Shown one piece after another: positions 53,130-64,000 of a DNA stretch of 64,000 bases. Position numbers and translations under genes: made by a program. The DNA is from Paraspadella gotoi (lineage: Eukaryota; Animalia; Chaetognatha): positions 25,174,051 to 25,238,050 of the forward strand of contig CM119264.1 in NCBI GenBank assembly GCA_051294375.1. Direction: 5' to 3'. Under the pieces are notes generated by a model that saw only the letters and a list, made by a program, of their open reading frames with translations, was not told where the DNA came from and made no database searches. Numbering within the stretch: position 1 is the first letter of the stretch; every line of letters starts with the position of its first letter.

Positions 53130-53210
53130 CGGAGTGTCGACCTGACCCCACGAGACGCCGAGGTTGCCGGACGCGTGAGACGAGGATTTTCGTCGCAGAA
53201 AGGACGCCAT
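53130..53210 (-). CDS. Putative first coding exon (MASFLRRKSSSHASGNLGVSWGQVDTP), possibly of the galectin-like gene
   Basis: AAG-ATG-GCG start context, 27 open codons and a perfect GTGAGT donor in phase 0, in a CpG-rich island. Joining it to the phase-0 AVPF exon gives a galectin-like 'DTP.VPF'. The link to the galectin is inference. Confidence 0.45.
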
Positions 53211-53416
53211 CTTCGTCGTCGTCGTCGTCGTCGTCGTCTTCTTCTTCTACGTCGTTTTCCTTTCCTCCTCCTTTTTTTTTCCGATGTCCTTTTGTTGTTT
53301 CTGTCTGGAAAAATCATTGAATCCGTCAGTCAGCGCCGCCGGGCGAAAACGCGGATTCTCCGCGAATTAAATCAGGAAGAGGGAGAAAATAAAAGGCGCG
53401 GTGCCGGCGAAGCGTC

Positions 53417-53430
53417 GTTGCCGTAGCAAC
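53417..53430. promoter_or_regulatory. RFX X-box-like palindrome GTTGCCGTAGCAAC
   Basis: One mismatch to the X-box consensus GTYNCYATRGNAAC, about 210 bp upstream of the ATG at 53210. Confidence 0.45.
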
Positions 53431-55690
53431 GCGGTATAATAACACACACACAAAAGAATTTCCCTTTTTGCAATTTTTTCCCCGGTTTTTGGTTCCTCGA
53501 ATATAAAAATTGGAGAATCGAATTTGCGTGTGAATGGAATTTGAAAGGGAAATGGGTATCAAAACAGAGATAATTCGGGGGAAACAGTCGCCGCACGCAG
53601 CCCGGAAACTCGGCTCGCAGCGAAAACATATGGCACGCAGGAGATGAAAATGGGATATGGAACGAAAAGAGAAAATAAATGGAAAACAACGAAATGCATT
53701 ATTAAAAAGTCCGAAAAAAATTCATCATTATCTCGGACGTGACGGAGAAAAATAGTCGACGTTAAAATGAAATAAGTTCGTAAAAATCAAAACGAGTCGC
53801 AGGATAAAAAAAAATCTCGACAATTTTACGAAAGTTAGAAATAGATTATTAATCTAAACCTGGTATAATTAATTTTTAAAAAATGGCGGATATGACACAA
53901 AGATCATTTATAATATGTTTTTCTGAACGACTCGTCAACCCCAGATCCTAGAGATCGTAAAAAAATTTGGAGACTCAACTTTGTCCTCACGTGATCGAGA
54001 TGTCACGTGACAATTTGGAGGACCGAAGCAGGCTCACTGGCTCACTGGCTCACTGCATCGGGGACATTGACAAGCTGTCGATTGAAAATGAACAGAGGTG
54101 AAGTTTGTCTTCCTTTTGCCGGGGCGGAAAGAAAACTTTTTAAACATGATTTTCGAAAGTGAAAAATATTGAAAGGATTTTGAAAAGATATGATAATAAA
54201 AACTGTAGTGAGAATTAATAATTAAATGATTAACATAATCAAATAATGTTCTCTGTCTCTGTCGACCTGGTATAGCAATGGATCAGAAATAACAAGACAT
54301 TGAGTACTTCTGAGATCTGGCGCGGGTGAGAGACGTAAGTGTTCTTATGTCAAGAAAGCCATGAAAAAGTCGATGCATGCTGACAACCGAATGACTAAGT
54401 TGGAAGTTTTGATGAGATCAAGCAGGCGAGATGAGAGAAGGCTCATGAGTCCACTTCATCAGTGCGTCGTGGGGGCGGGGTCGTCATAATAAAGTATCGG
54501 GAAAGCGGCACTTGGACGAGGGTGTAGCAATTTAAACAGTATCATTCAGTAGATTGTGTTAAGGAAAGCGGTAGAGAAAGAAAGGTCGGGCGGAGTTGCG
54601 AAGAAACTGGTTCGGTGAAAAACGATTAAGGGTGATAGCAAGTGGTCTAACATGAAAATTTGTAAGTATGGCTGGCCTTTTTTTCTTCGGTGTACGTTAA
54701 CTTGGTGTCAAATTGCACGTTGTTGCTTGATTGTAAGTATAAAGATAACGAGCTGTGACAAGGACGAGGTGTGTATCTAGTGCAGAGTGTTGTGGTTAGT
54801 GGGTGGTGTGTTTGTTGGGGCGTGGGGGGGGTGTATGTACTGGATAGATTATATACTGGAATAATTAAATAGTTAAAAAAGAAAAGCTGTAAAAAAAAAT
54901 AAAAAGTAAATTGATATTTTTGTTTCCTTTCATTCGATACAGAAATAAAAGGAGGAAATGAAGAAGTAAAGAGTCGACGACGGGACTTCGTCCAAATTTA
55001 GCCAATCATAAAAATTTAGCCAATCAGGAAAATGATGGGGATTTTTAGCCGAAAACTTCAAGTTTGGATTGAACTTTTTCCCTTAATTGGATTATTTACT
55101 CTTCGAGGCTGGGTTAAATTANNNNNNNNNNNNNNNNNNNNNNNNNNNNNNNNNNNNNNNNNNNNNNNNNNNNNNNNNNNNNNNNNNNNNNNNNNNNNNN
55201 NNNNNNNNNNNNNNNNNNNNNNNNNNNNNNNNNNNNNNNNNNNNNNNNNNNNNNNNNNNNNNNNNNNNNNNNNNNNNNNNNNNNNNNNNNNNNNNNNNNN
55301 NNNNNNNNNNNNNNNNNNNNNNNNNNNNNNNNNNNNNNNNNNNNNNNNNNNNNNNGAGAGAGAACTGCTGAGAAATTTCTCTTTTCTCCCCGCTTATATA
55401 GGAAAGTTTTTTCTTTTTGGTGATTTGGGAATTTGAAAATTGGAGCAGTCTTCATCCGAGGATTTAAATTGAAACTCGGACGACATTTGATACCAAGAAA
55501 GTGTAGAATCGTCTTAACCAAAAGGTTTATTGTACTAACATAAGAAACTGTTTATGGTGATTGAGATAAAGAAGGATTAAGAGGGAGATTATCATCGTAT
55601 TATTGTTTTATTAAGGTTCATGGTTTGCTTCATCTCCTTACGACATCGACTTGAGTGTTTATCCTTTATTGAAAAAGAAAAGAGAGAGAC

Positions 55691-55756
<66 letters not shown>

Positions 55757-55959
55757 TTAGGCAGTTTTTCGCAACAAAAAAGTAATAAAGTTGGGTTTGA
55801 GGGTTCCTGTCGCGGAGAACCGCTATTTTTATTTTCCACTTTTTTTATTTATATCTTTCTTTCTTTTAATTTTCTCTGCTTTCACATTTTTTTCATTTTT
55901 CTTTTTTTCCTCGAGTTCGTATTCCATGTTTTCTTTTCGTCTCGTACGCAGCAGGCTTT

Positions 55960-56340
55960 TTTCCTTTTTTCTCTTTTTTTCTTTTTTTCCCTTTTTTTCC
56001 CTTTTTTCTATCCTTCATTTTTTTCCTTTTTTCCTTTTTTCTATCCTTCATTTTATTCTATTTTCCTTTTTTCTATCCTTTACTTTTTTTTTCTATCCTT
56101 CATTTTATTCCTTTTTTTTCCCTTTTTTTCTATCCTTTATTTTTTTCTATTTTCCTTTTTTCTATCCTTCACTTTTTTTTTCCTTTTTTCTATCCTTCAT
56201 TTTTTTCTTATTTTCCTTTTTTCTATCCATCACTCTTTTTTCATTTTTCTATCCTTCAATTTTTCTCTTTTTTTCCCTTTTTTCTATCCTTCATTTTTTC
56301 CCTTTTTTTCCTTTTTTCCTTTTTTTCCTTTTTTCTTTCT
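55960..56340. repeat. Degenerate pyrimidine-rich tandem repeat (TTTTTCTATCCTTCA-like units)
   Basis: Recurring CTATCCTT core within T-runs. Confidence 0.75.
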
Positions 56341-58059
56341 CCGGAATTCATCAAAAAAGCAGCGCGACAAAAAAAACCTAATCAAACGCGAGTTGCGCTC
56401 GGGCGGAAGCGGGTGCCGCGAAAAAGGCGTTCGAGCAGGTGCAGGGTGAAGGAGATCGAACAGGTGCAGGGTGAAGGAGATCCAACAGATGGGAGACCTT
56501 TCATTGGGGGCATAGTGAGGAGACGCATGCCCGGAGTAGCTACAAGGCTGAATGACAGGCAAGGCGGACATGAGGTTGAAGGGCGTGATTGATTTTGAAT
56601 ATAAAGAGAAGGGGGGGGGGACTCACTGGAACTGAGAGAAGGTTGGAAGAAAAAAGTAAGTAAAAAAAAATGGAAAGAAAGATATGACTTTAAATTTAAA
56701 AACACAATCTTCCACTGAAAGCGAGTTGCCTTGAAAAAAAGAAACCGAAATTAAGAAGCTTTAGTTGGAAAGAAAGAAAAAAGTAATGAAATGCAATTTT
56801 GCCTCGAGCGAAAGCGAAATTGGAATCTTACCTAGCAGGTAGCTGGTAGAAGGTAAGCATAGATGATTTTTATTAAAGGAGAAACGCAAAGGGATATAAT
56901 CTTCGCGATAGGTAAGTTCAAAAGATAATTGAAATCACTGAAAAAAAAAAAAAAAGAGAGAGATAATATAAATATAAATAAATAATTAATTTAATAAACA
57001 ATAATAATAAATAAATAATAAATAAACAATAAAAAATAAATAAATAATAAAATAAATAATAAATAAATAAATAAATAATAAATAAATAAATAAATAAATA
57101 CATAATAAATAAAATAATAAATAATAATAATAAATAATAAATAAATAATAATAAATAAATTAATTAATTAATTAATTTAAAAAATAAAAAAGTTTGGCNN
57201 NNNNNNNNNNNNNNNNNNNNNNNNNNNNNNNNNNNNNNNNNNNNNNNNNNNNNNNNNNNNNNNNNNNNNNNNNNNNNNNNNNNNNNNNNNNNNNNNNNNN
57301 NNNNNNNNNNNNNNNNNNNNNNNNNNNNNNNNNNNNNNNNNNNNNNNNNNNNNNNNNNNNNNNNNNNNNNNNNNNNNNNNAATTCGAATGGGAAACGGCA
57401 GACGGCAACTGGCATTGCTGCAAAGATAAGTGGTAATCGAAAGTGAGAAGGGGAACCATAATTGCCTTTAAAGGAAAGGTCAGGTGATCGAAAAAAAGTA
57501 AAATGGCCACGGGCAAAAGAGTTAAGCCTCTCTTCTTTCTCGCGCCGAAGCGAAACCCACTGTTGTTCATCTTCATTGTCTCTTGATTAAAGGCAACACG
57601 GATTGAGGGTAGGGGAGGAGGAGGAGGAGGAGGAAGATATAGCGAAACGAGTAATTTTGCAGTTTGAGAAGCGTATTTTACTTTCTAGTACGGAAAAATA
57701 AAAAAATAATTTAATTTAACCTTTTTGGTTTAATGAAACTGAATTTTAATTTCGTTAGCTTGAATGGTTTAATAGACTTTTTAGTATATAAAAAACAGCC
57801 ATAATAAAAAAAACAAAAATATTAAATTATTTTCATATCATATACAAAATAAGATAAATTATCTAACTTTTTAATTATTTGATTATTATTATTCTATAAA
57901 TCCTTCATTATTATTATTATTGTTATTCCATAAATCCTTCATCCTTCATTTTAATGATAAAATTTATAAATTATTATTTGAATAGCGGTCTATGAGCAGG
58001 ATGGCTCTACCTTGGAGAAGGAGGTTCAAATTGATCTTTTCTTTGAAGAGCATCGTCGC

Positions 58060-59095
58060 CGACAGGCTGACACTTTAACATACAAACAAACATCGCCTCG
58101 AGAAACAAAGTCAGCAAAGTACTGACCATCTTCCCTCCTTCTCTTTCATCAAAACCAGCTTTTTTTTATCATAAAATGTTATTAATACCGATAAAATTTC
58201 TAGAAATTCGTTTATTCGTAACTTTCTACAGACTCTTTGTCTGAAACCTGATTAAAGAAATGCATCGATGAGAAACACATAATTTATTCCGTTATGTGAA
58301 CAAAGAACGGCACTTGACAAATAAGACAGTAAGCAACAATTATCTGTTTTTTGTTTGTTTTTGTTTTTTTCAAAATACAAGGGATGAAAACTTAGATTAT
58401 TTCGCTGTTTTAAAACTTTTACTTTTCGCTCCGGCCAATTTTTTTTTTCTCAGAGAAATTAAACATCACTCATTATTAAATTAAAAAACCGATGCGGAAA
58501 CTTTCATTTTTTTGAGCCACGAAAGAAAAAAAAAACCCTTCACTGTTTTGAATTGTGCGAAGTTGTGAAAAAACACAATAGAACAACTAGTGACGAATCT
58601 AATGCGTCGTGAAAGAAATATCCAACTTCGCAGTTAATAAATCTTAATGATATTTCGAAGAAGACTGGGAAAATTTTTTTTTTCTTTCCTCCTTTTTCCC
58701 TTTGTTAAGCGTGAGCGGCTGATTCGCGTTGAAAGACAAAAAAGTCAATGATGACGTAAAAAAATGGGGAGGAGGCAATGAGGAAGTTGGTAAAGGAGGC
58801 AGAAGGGGAAAAGAGGCAGAGGGAAAGCGTAAGAATTCCGATATGCAAAAAACGGTGTTTTTTTTTTTCTATTGAGAGAAAAGGGGGAAAAAAAGTGGAA
58901 AAGAATTGAGATAAATTCCGTTCGTTTCGTTGGTAGTAAAAACTTCGTCAGATGATAGTAATAGTAGTTATAACATTCGAGGAAAATGTAGGAAGAAAAC
59001 TGACCACTCGGACGTGGGATTAACAAATTCGTGTAACAATTAAACATGAACAATGGAAGAAAAACGTAATGCGATATGAAGTTTATTTATTAGAG

Positions 59096-59145
<50 letters not shown>

Positions 59146-59760
59146 GGGAGAGAGAGAGAGACGAGTTGAGGAAGCGGAAGAGGAAAACGAGTGATCGAGA
59201 AACATTTAAAGGAAAAAAGGTTTTCGTTCGAACTGACGTCGTTTTTTAAAGTTCAAAAACGAAGTTTATTTTTTCGAGAAGAGAAATAAAATTTGATATT
59301 TATAAGTATAACGTAAAAAAAGACGGCGTAATAGGGAAATTTAAACTGGAAACTTGATTCATTTTGTCTCTTCGCATCGAATATAAAACGGAACTGAATT
59401 TTTTTTTTTCAAAATTGTAGAAAAGGGAAAAAGAATTCCTTTGAAATAAAAAAAAATTGAAGGTTTATAAATTAATTTGGCGATCCTTGTCAAAGAACGC
59501 CCTCCATGAAGGAAGTGTCCAGGTGAGTGATGAGAGTAAGAACGAATCGACCCTCCTGCGCCGCTTCGTGAGATCCGGGGTAAGGACCAGGATGTCCTTG
59601 GCGGTGCATGGTGAAGGGGCTCGTCGAGTCGCCACGCGGCCGAAATCCGAAACAGCTGGGGGCCATCACCTTGGGGTAAGGAAGAACGTTTTTGAGAGAA
59701 TTGATTTGGTAATTGAATTGTAAATTAACATAAACGGGAGAGAGAGAGAGAGAGAGAGAG

Positions 59761-59802
<42 letters not shown>

Positions 59803-62320
59803 AAGGAGAGAGAGAGAGAGAGACGAGAGAAAGACTCACCGAGGAGAGAGAGTTGATATCTAGCTGAGTAATGATGAGATTTTCAGGCGCCGCAAAAACC
59901 TAGAGAGAAACAAATATTTACGTACAACTCAGTTGCAAAACACACCGAGTAATAACCGAATAACATAAATACATAATGAATATAACCTCATTTTCATAAA
60001 TGATTTTTTTCATGGTCCTCCACATTGCTTTATTTGCTAATCATTGATATTTTGATTATTTTCAGAACTCCTCCAAATAAATTCGTTTCAATGGTTCTCA
60101 CTGCTCCTCTTCATCTCTTTTTCCTTACCGCACATCCTCATTTATTCTCCTCGCTACTCCTCCCGCTTTTTCCCTCCTCAGTTCCTCCTCTTTCCTAAAA
60201 ATACTACATTTCGTTTCTATTTTCGTCCTCTCGTCGCTCGCGAGTCCGTTAGACGCGCGGAAAAACTCTATCAGTCATCGGACCGAAGCTAGGGGGCCTG
60301 ACAGCCTGGCCAATAACAAAGAGAGAGATAACTTTAAACATGACAAACACTGCCGCAAAACAAAGCACAAAGTTACTGACATCTCACCCCTTCCTCTTTC
60401 ATCAGAAACCAGCTTTTTTTTATCAAAAGGATGTTATAATACCAGATAGAAGATTTTCTAGATAATTACGTTTTTTCGTAACTTTCTGAGCAGACGTTTA
60501 GTCTGACCAACCCTGATTTAAGAGAATGCATCGATGAGAAACACAATAATTTATTGGCGGTTGATGTGAAAGAGAGAGACGGGAACGTTGAAAATAAGAG
60601 CGTAAGCAAGCAATTAATAGTCTGTTATATTTTTGTTTGATGTTTTGCTTTTTTTCACAAATAAACAAGGCGATAGTAAAACTTAGTATATTTCGACTTG
60701 TTTTAAAATTTTACTTTTGTCGCGTCGGCCTAATTTTTTTTCATCCGAGAAATTAAACATCACTCCTTTATGTAATTTAAAAAAGCCGATGCGGGATCTT
60801 TCATTCTTTTTGGGAGCCACGAAAGGAAAAAAAAGACCCTTCATGTTTTTGAGATTGTATGCGAAGTTGTGAAAAACACATAGAACGAAGACTAGTGACG
60901 AATTCTAATGCGGTCGTGAAAGAATACTCACAACTCGAGTTAAATAAATCTTAATGATATTACATCAGAGAAAGCTGGGAAATTTTTTTTCATTTCTCCT
61001 TTTTCCGCTATTGGATTACGCTGATGAGCGGACTTGATTCGCGTTGAAGAACAAAAAAGTCAATTTGGATGACGTAAAATGGGAAGAGCATGTAGCGAAG
61101 TGAGTGTGGGTAGAAGGGAGGCAGAAGGGAAAAGAAGGCAGAGGGGAAAGCGTAAGAATTCGGGAAATGCAAAAAACGGTGTTTTTTTTCTATTGAAGAG
61201 AAAGGGGAAAAATAAGTGGAAAAGAATTGAGATCAATTTCCGTTCGTTTCGTGGTAGTAAAAATCTTCGTGCAGATGATAGTAATAGTAGTTAATAACGA
61301 TTCAGAGGAAAAGGTAGGAAAGAAACTGACCACATCGGACTGGGATTGACAAATTACGTGTAACAATTAATACATCGAACATATGGAAGAAAAACGTAAT
61401 GCGATATGAAGTTAATGTTATTAATGAGAGAGAGAGAGAGAGAAAGAGAGAGGAGAAGAGAGGAGAGAGAGACGAGAGCAGAGAGAGGAGAGAGAGAGAG
61501 AGAGAGAAGAGAGAGAAGAGAGACGACACAACGGAAGAGGAAAACGAGTGATCGGAAAACATTTAAAAGGAAAAAAAGAGTTTTTCGTTCGAACTGACGT
61601 CGTTGTTAAGTTCAAAAACGAAGTTTATTTTTTCGAGCAAAGAAATAAATGTTGATATATATAAGTATACGTAAAAAAGACGCGTAATAGGGAAATTTAA
61701 ACTGGAAACTTGATTCATATTATATCTTCGCATCGAAATAAAACGGAATGAATTTTTTTTTTCAAATTGTAGAAAAGGAAAAAGAATTCTAATGAAATAC
61801 AAAAAAAATGAAGGTGTTTGATAAATAAATTTGCGATCCTTGTCAAGAGAACGCCCTCCATGAAGGAAGTGTCGCAGGTGAGATGATGAGAGTAAGAAAC
61901 CAATCGACCCCTCCTGCGGGCTTAGGTGAGATCCGGTGAGAGACCATAGGGATGTCCCTTGCGGTGATGATGAGTCGGTCTCTCGAGTCGACCACGCGCC
62001 GAAATCCCGAAACAGCTGGGGGCCAGTCAACCTGTTGGGTGTAGGAAGAAGTTTTGAGAGAATTGATTTGGTATTGAATTGGTAAATTAAATAAACGGGA
62101 GAGAGAGAGAGAGAAGAAGGAAGAGAGAGAGAGAGAGAGACGAGAGAGAGAGAGAAAGAAGAGAGAGAGAGAGAGAGAGAGGCGGAGAGAAGACACCGGA
62201 GGAGAAGAGTTGATATTACTGATAAATGATGGATTTTCAGGCGCCGCAAAAACCTAGAGAGAACAAAATAATTTACGTACAACTCAGTTTGCAACCACCC
62301 ACGAGAGTAAGAACCGAATA
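58060..62320. repeat. About 2-kb tandem duplication (58060-59960 vs 60330-62320)
   Basis: Colinear copies with scattered single-base indels. Confidence 0.8.
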
Positions 62321-64000
62321 ACCTCTGGGAGCTGAATAAACAGATTGATGAGAGCGTCTTGATTGGAAAGCTTGCAGTACTGCTATGCAATTACTTTGTA
62401 AAAGTATGGAGGCCTTAAACCACCAAAGCTCTAGTTGCCAAAAGTTATGGGCAACAGATAGCATTAATCTAGTAATTAAATGAATGGATACTTTTTGATA
62501 TTGAGGTTTGTACATTCATAAAATTCAGCTCCTATGTATTTTGAGCTAGTGTGCGAGTAGAGCGAATATAGTATCCCCGATCTAATACTTGAAGGGTGGT
62601 ACTTTTCATACAATTAAACATTCGACAGTCTTGAAATATTATTTCACTTCATTGAGGAGAAGCAGGTACTGTCTTGGAGTGAATAAAGCAGAAGTTGTGG
62701 AGAGAGGTCATATAGAGGAAAGCTTGCAGACTGCTATGCTCATAGTATCTAAGAGTGATGAGGCCTAAAGACGACCAAAGCCTGTCCAAAGTCAGCGGGG
62801 CAAGATAGCTTATTGTTTATTAAATGAAAATGGAAATAATTATTTAATATGATGTATGCCAATTTCATAAATGCCCGGCCGCGCAGAAAGTAAATGAAGA
62901 TAGGAAACCGCATCTCATAAAATGATAGGTATTTTATCAATGCTCACTCCACCGTGCTGGTTAGTTTCTAAATCATGAGATATTTGATTATTTTGCGAGG
63001 AAGCTCCTTCCCGTCAAAGTAAAGTAGTCGATTGTCAATAGGATATCACTGCTTTAAGGCCGCTTCAATGCATTTTTCCATTTACCGAGAGTAGCTCGGG
63101 CGACATCCTGAGAGTTATATTCTCCACCCTCGCTACTGCCTCACCGTTTCTCTCAGTCTCCTCTCTTGTCCACTAAAAATAAGCTAATTTCTTTGGTCTA
63201 TCTATACGTCCTCAGTTGCGCTCGCAGGAGTCGTTAGAAGCCGGCGCGGAAAAAACTCTAATCTCAGGCGTACATGCTTGACAGCGAAGTAGGGCTGAAC
63301 GCCGCATGGCATCATGAGCAGCGCGCGCGGGGCAGACGGGGGAGCGGGTCGAGCCAGCTATATGGAGCTGCATGCCGATAGAACCGCCTGACCCTTAATC
63401 GCCCTCACCGTCGCTGTCACAGAATCTGAACGGAGCTACAGGGAACGTGGTCCGCGATTAAGTTTGGCGGCAAACTCGAAAGATGGCGCAGGATATCCGA
63501 GAGACATGCGAGGAAAATCGTGCAGAAAGCGCGTGATGGAAACGGACAAGGGATCCATTGCATGGCTTCAGACGTAGTTGGCCGGATACCTGTTAGTTGG
63601 GGGAGTGTTGGGGTGTATGTTTTCGAGATACGGGTTGGGGGGGAATGGAGGGCACGTGGAAGGGTGGATGGAAAGGACGACTAGGTAATAAATGAAACCA
63701 GTTAAAAAGATAACGAAGAGTTAAAGTGGTGGATATCACCGTGTGAACAGTTTCATTACTGTCCGACTGAGCAACTGCATTAGTCATGTCCTAAACCCGA
63801 ATGATCTCATCGAGAACTATAAAGGGAGAGAAATAAAAATCAATTACATTTCTAAGTGACCCGGATCACAAATCCAGTAACAGAGGGAAAAATCACTTCC
63901 TGAGCGNNNNNNNNNNNNNNNNNNNNNNNNNCCTGGCGAAGAAAGATCCTGACATCCTTCGAAAAAGAACGGAAAAAAAAATAACTGTTTACGTAGTTAC

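Noticed and set aside
54250-54800. Possible LINE 3' remnant
   Set aside because: No convincing RT or endonuclease motif could be read.
56390-56590. GC-rich island with a 25-bp tandem duplication (CAGGTGCAGGGTGAAGGAGATC)
   Set aside because: The repeat length is not a multiple of 3 and no frame gives a recognisable protein.

Overview
AT-rich, microsatellite-dense eukaryotic (invertebrate animal-like) scaffold; most short ORFs in the supplied track are low-complexity noise. Manual splicing supports four protein genes. (1) A minus-strand phosphoglucomutase-fold gene (132-5577, running off the left edge) whose catalytic, Mg-binding and sugar-binding motifs are all replaced. (2) A complete 12-coding-exon class A GPCR of the FMRFamide-receptor type (12733-21488). 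(3) A minus-strand two-domain galectin-fold gene lacking most galactose-binding residues (22319 to at least 28747; a possible first exon at 53130-53210 lies near an RFX X-box-like site). (4) An SLC35G/EamA-like transporter gene nested antisense in a galectin intron. Mobile DNA includes a hAT non-autonomous element with an 8-bp TSD, two internally deleted Tc1/mariner elements, a tRNA-derived SINE, a Ty3/Gypsy LTR element and a family of about 200-bp fold-back insertions carrying Penelope-type minimal hammerhead-like cores. From about 25.7 kb the sequence holds near-tandem duplicated, indel-rich blocks and 25-N gaps consistent with long-read gap filling, although some copies differ by clean transposon insertions. 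Two otherwise clean gene models need a CG rather than AG 3' splice site.
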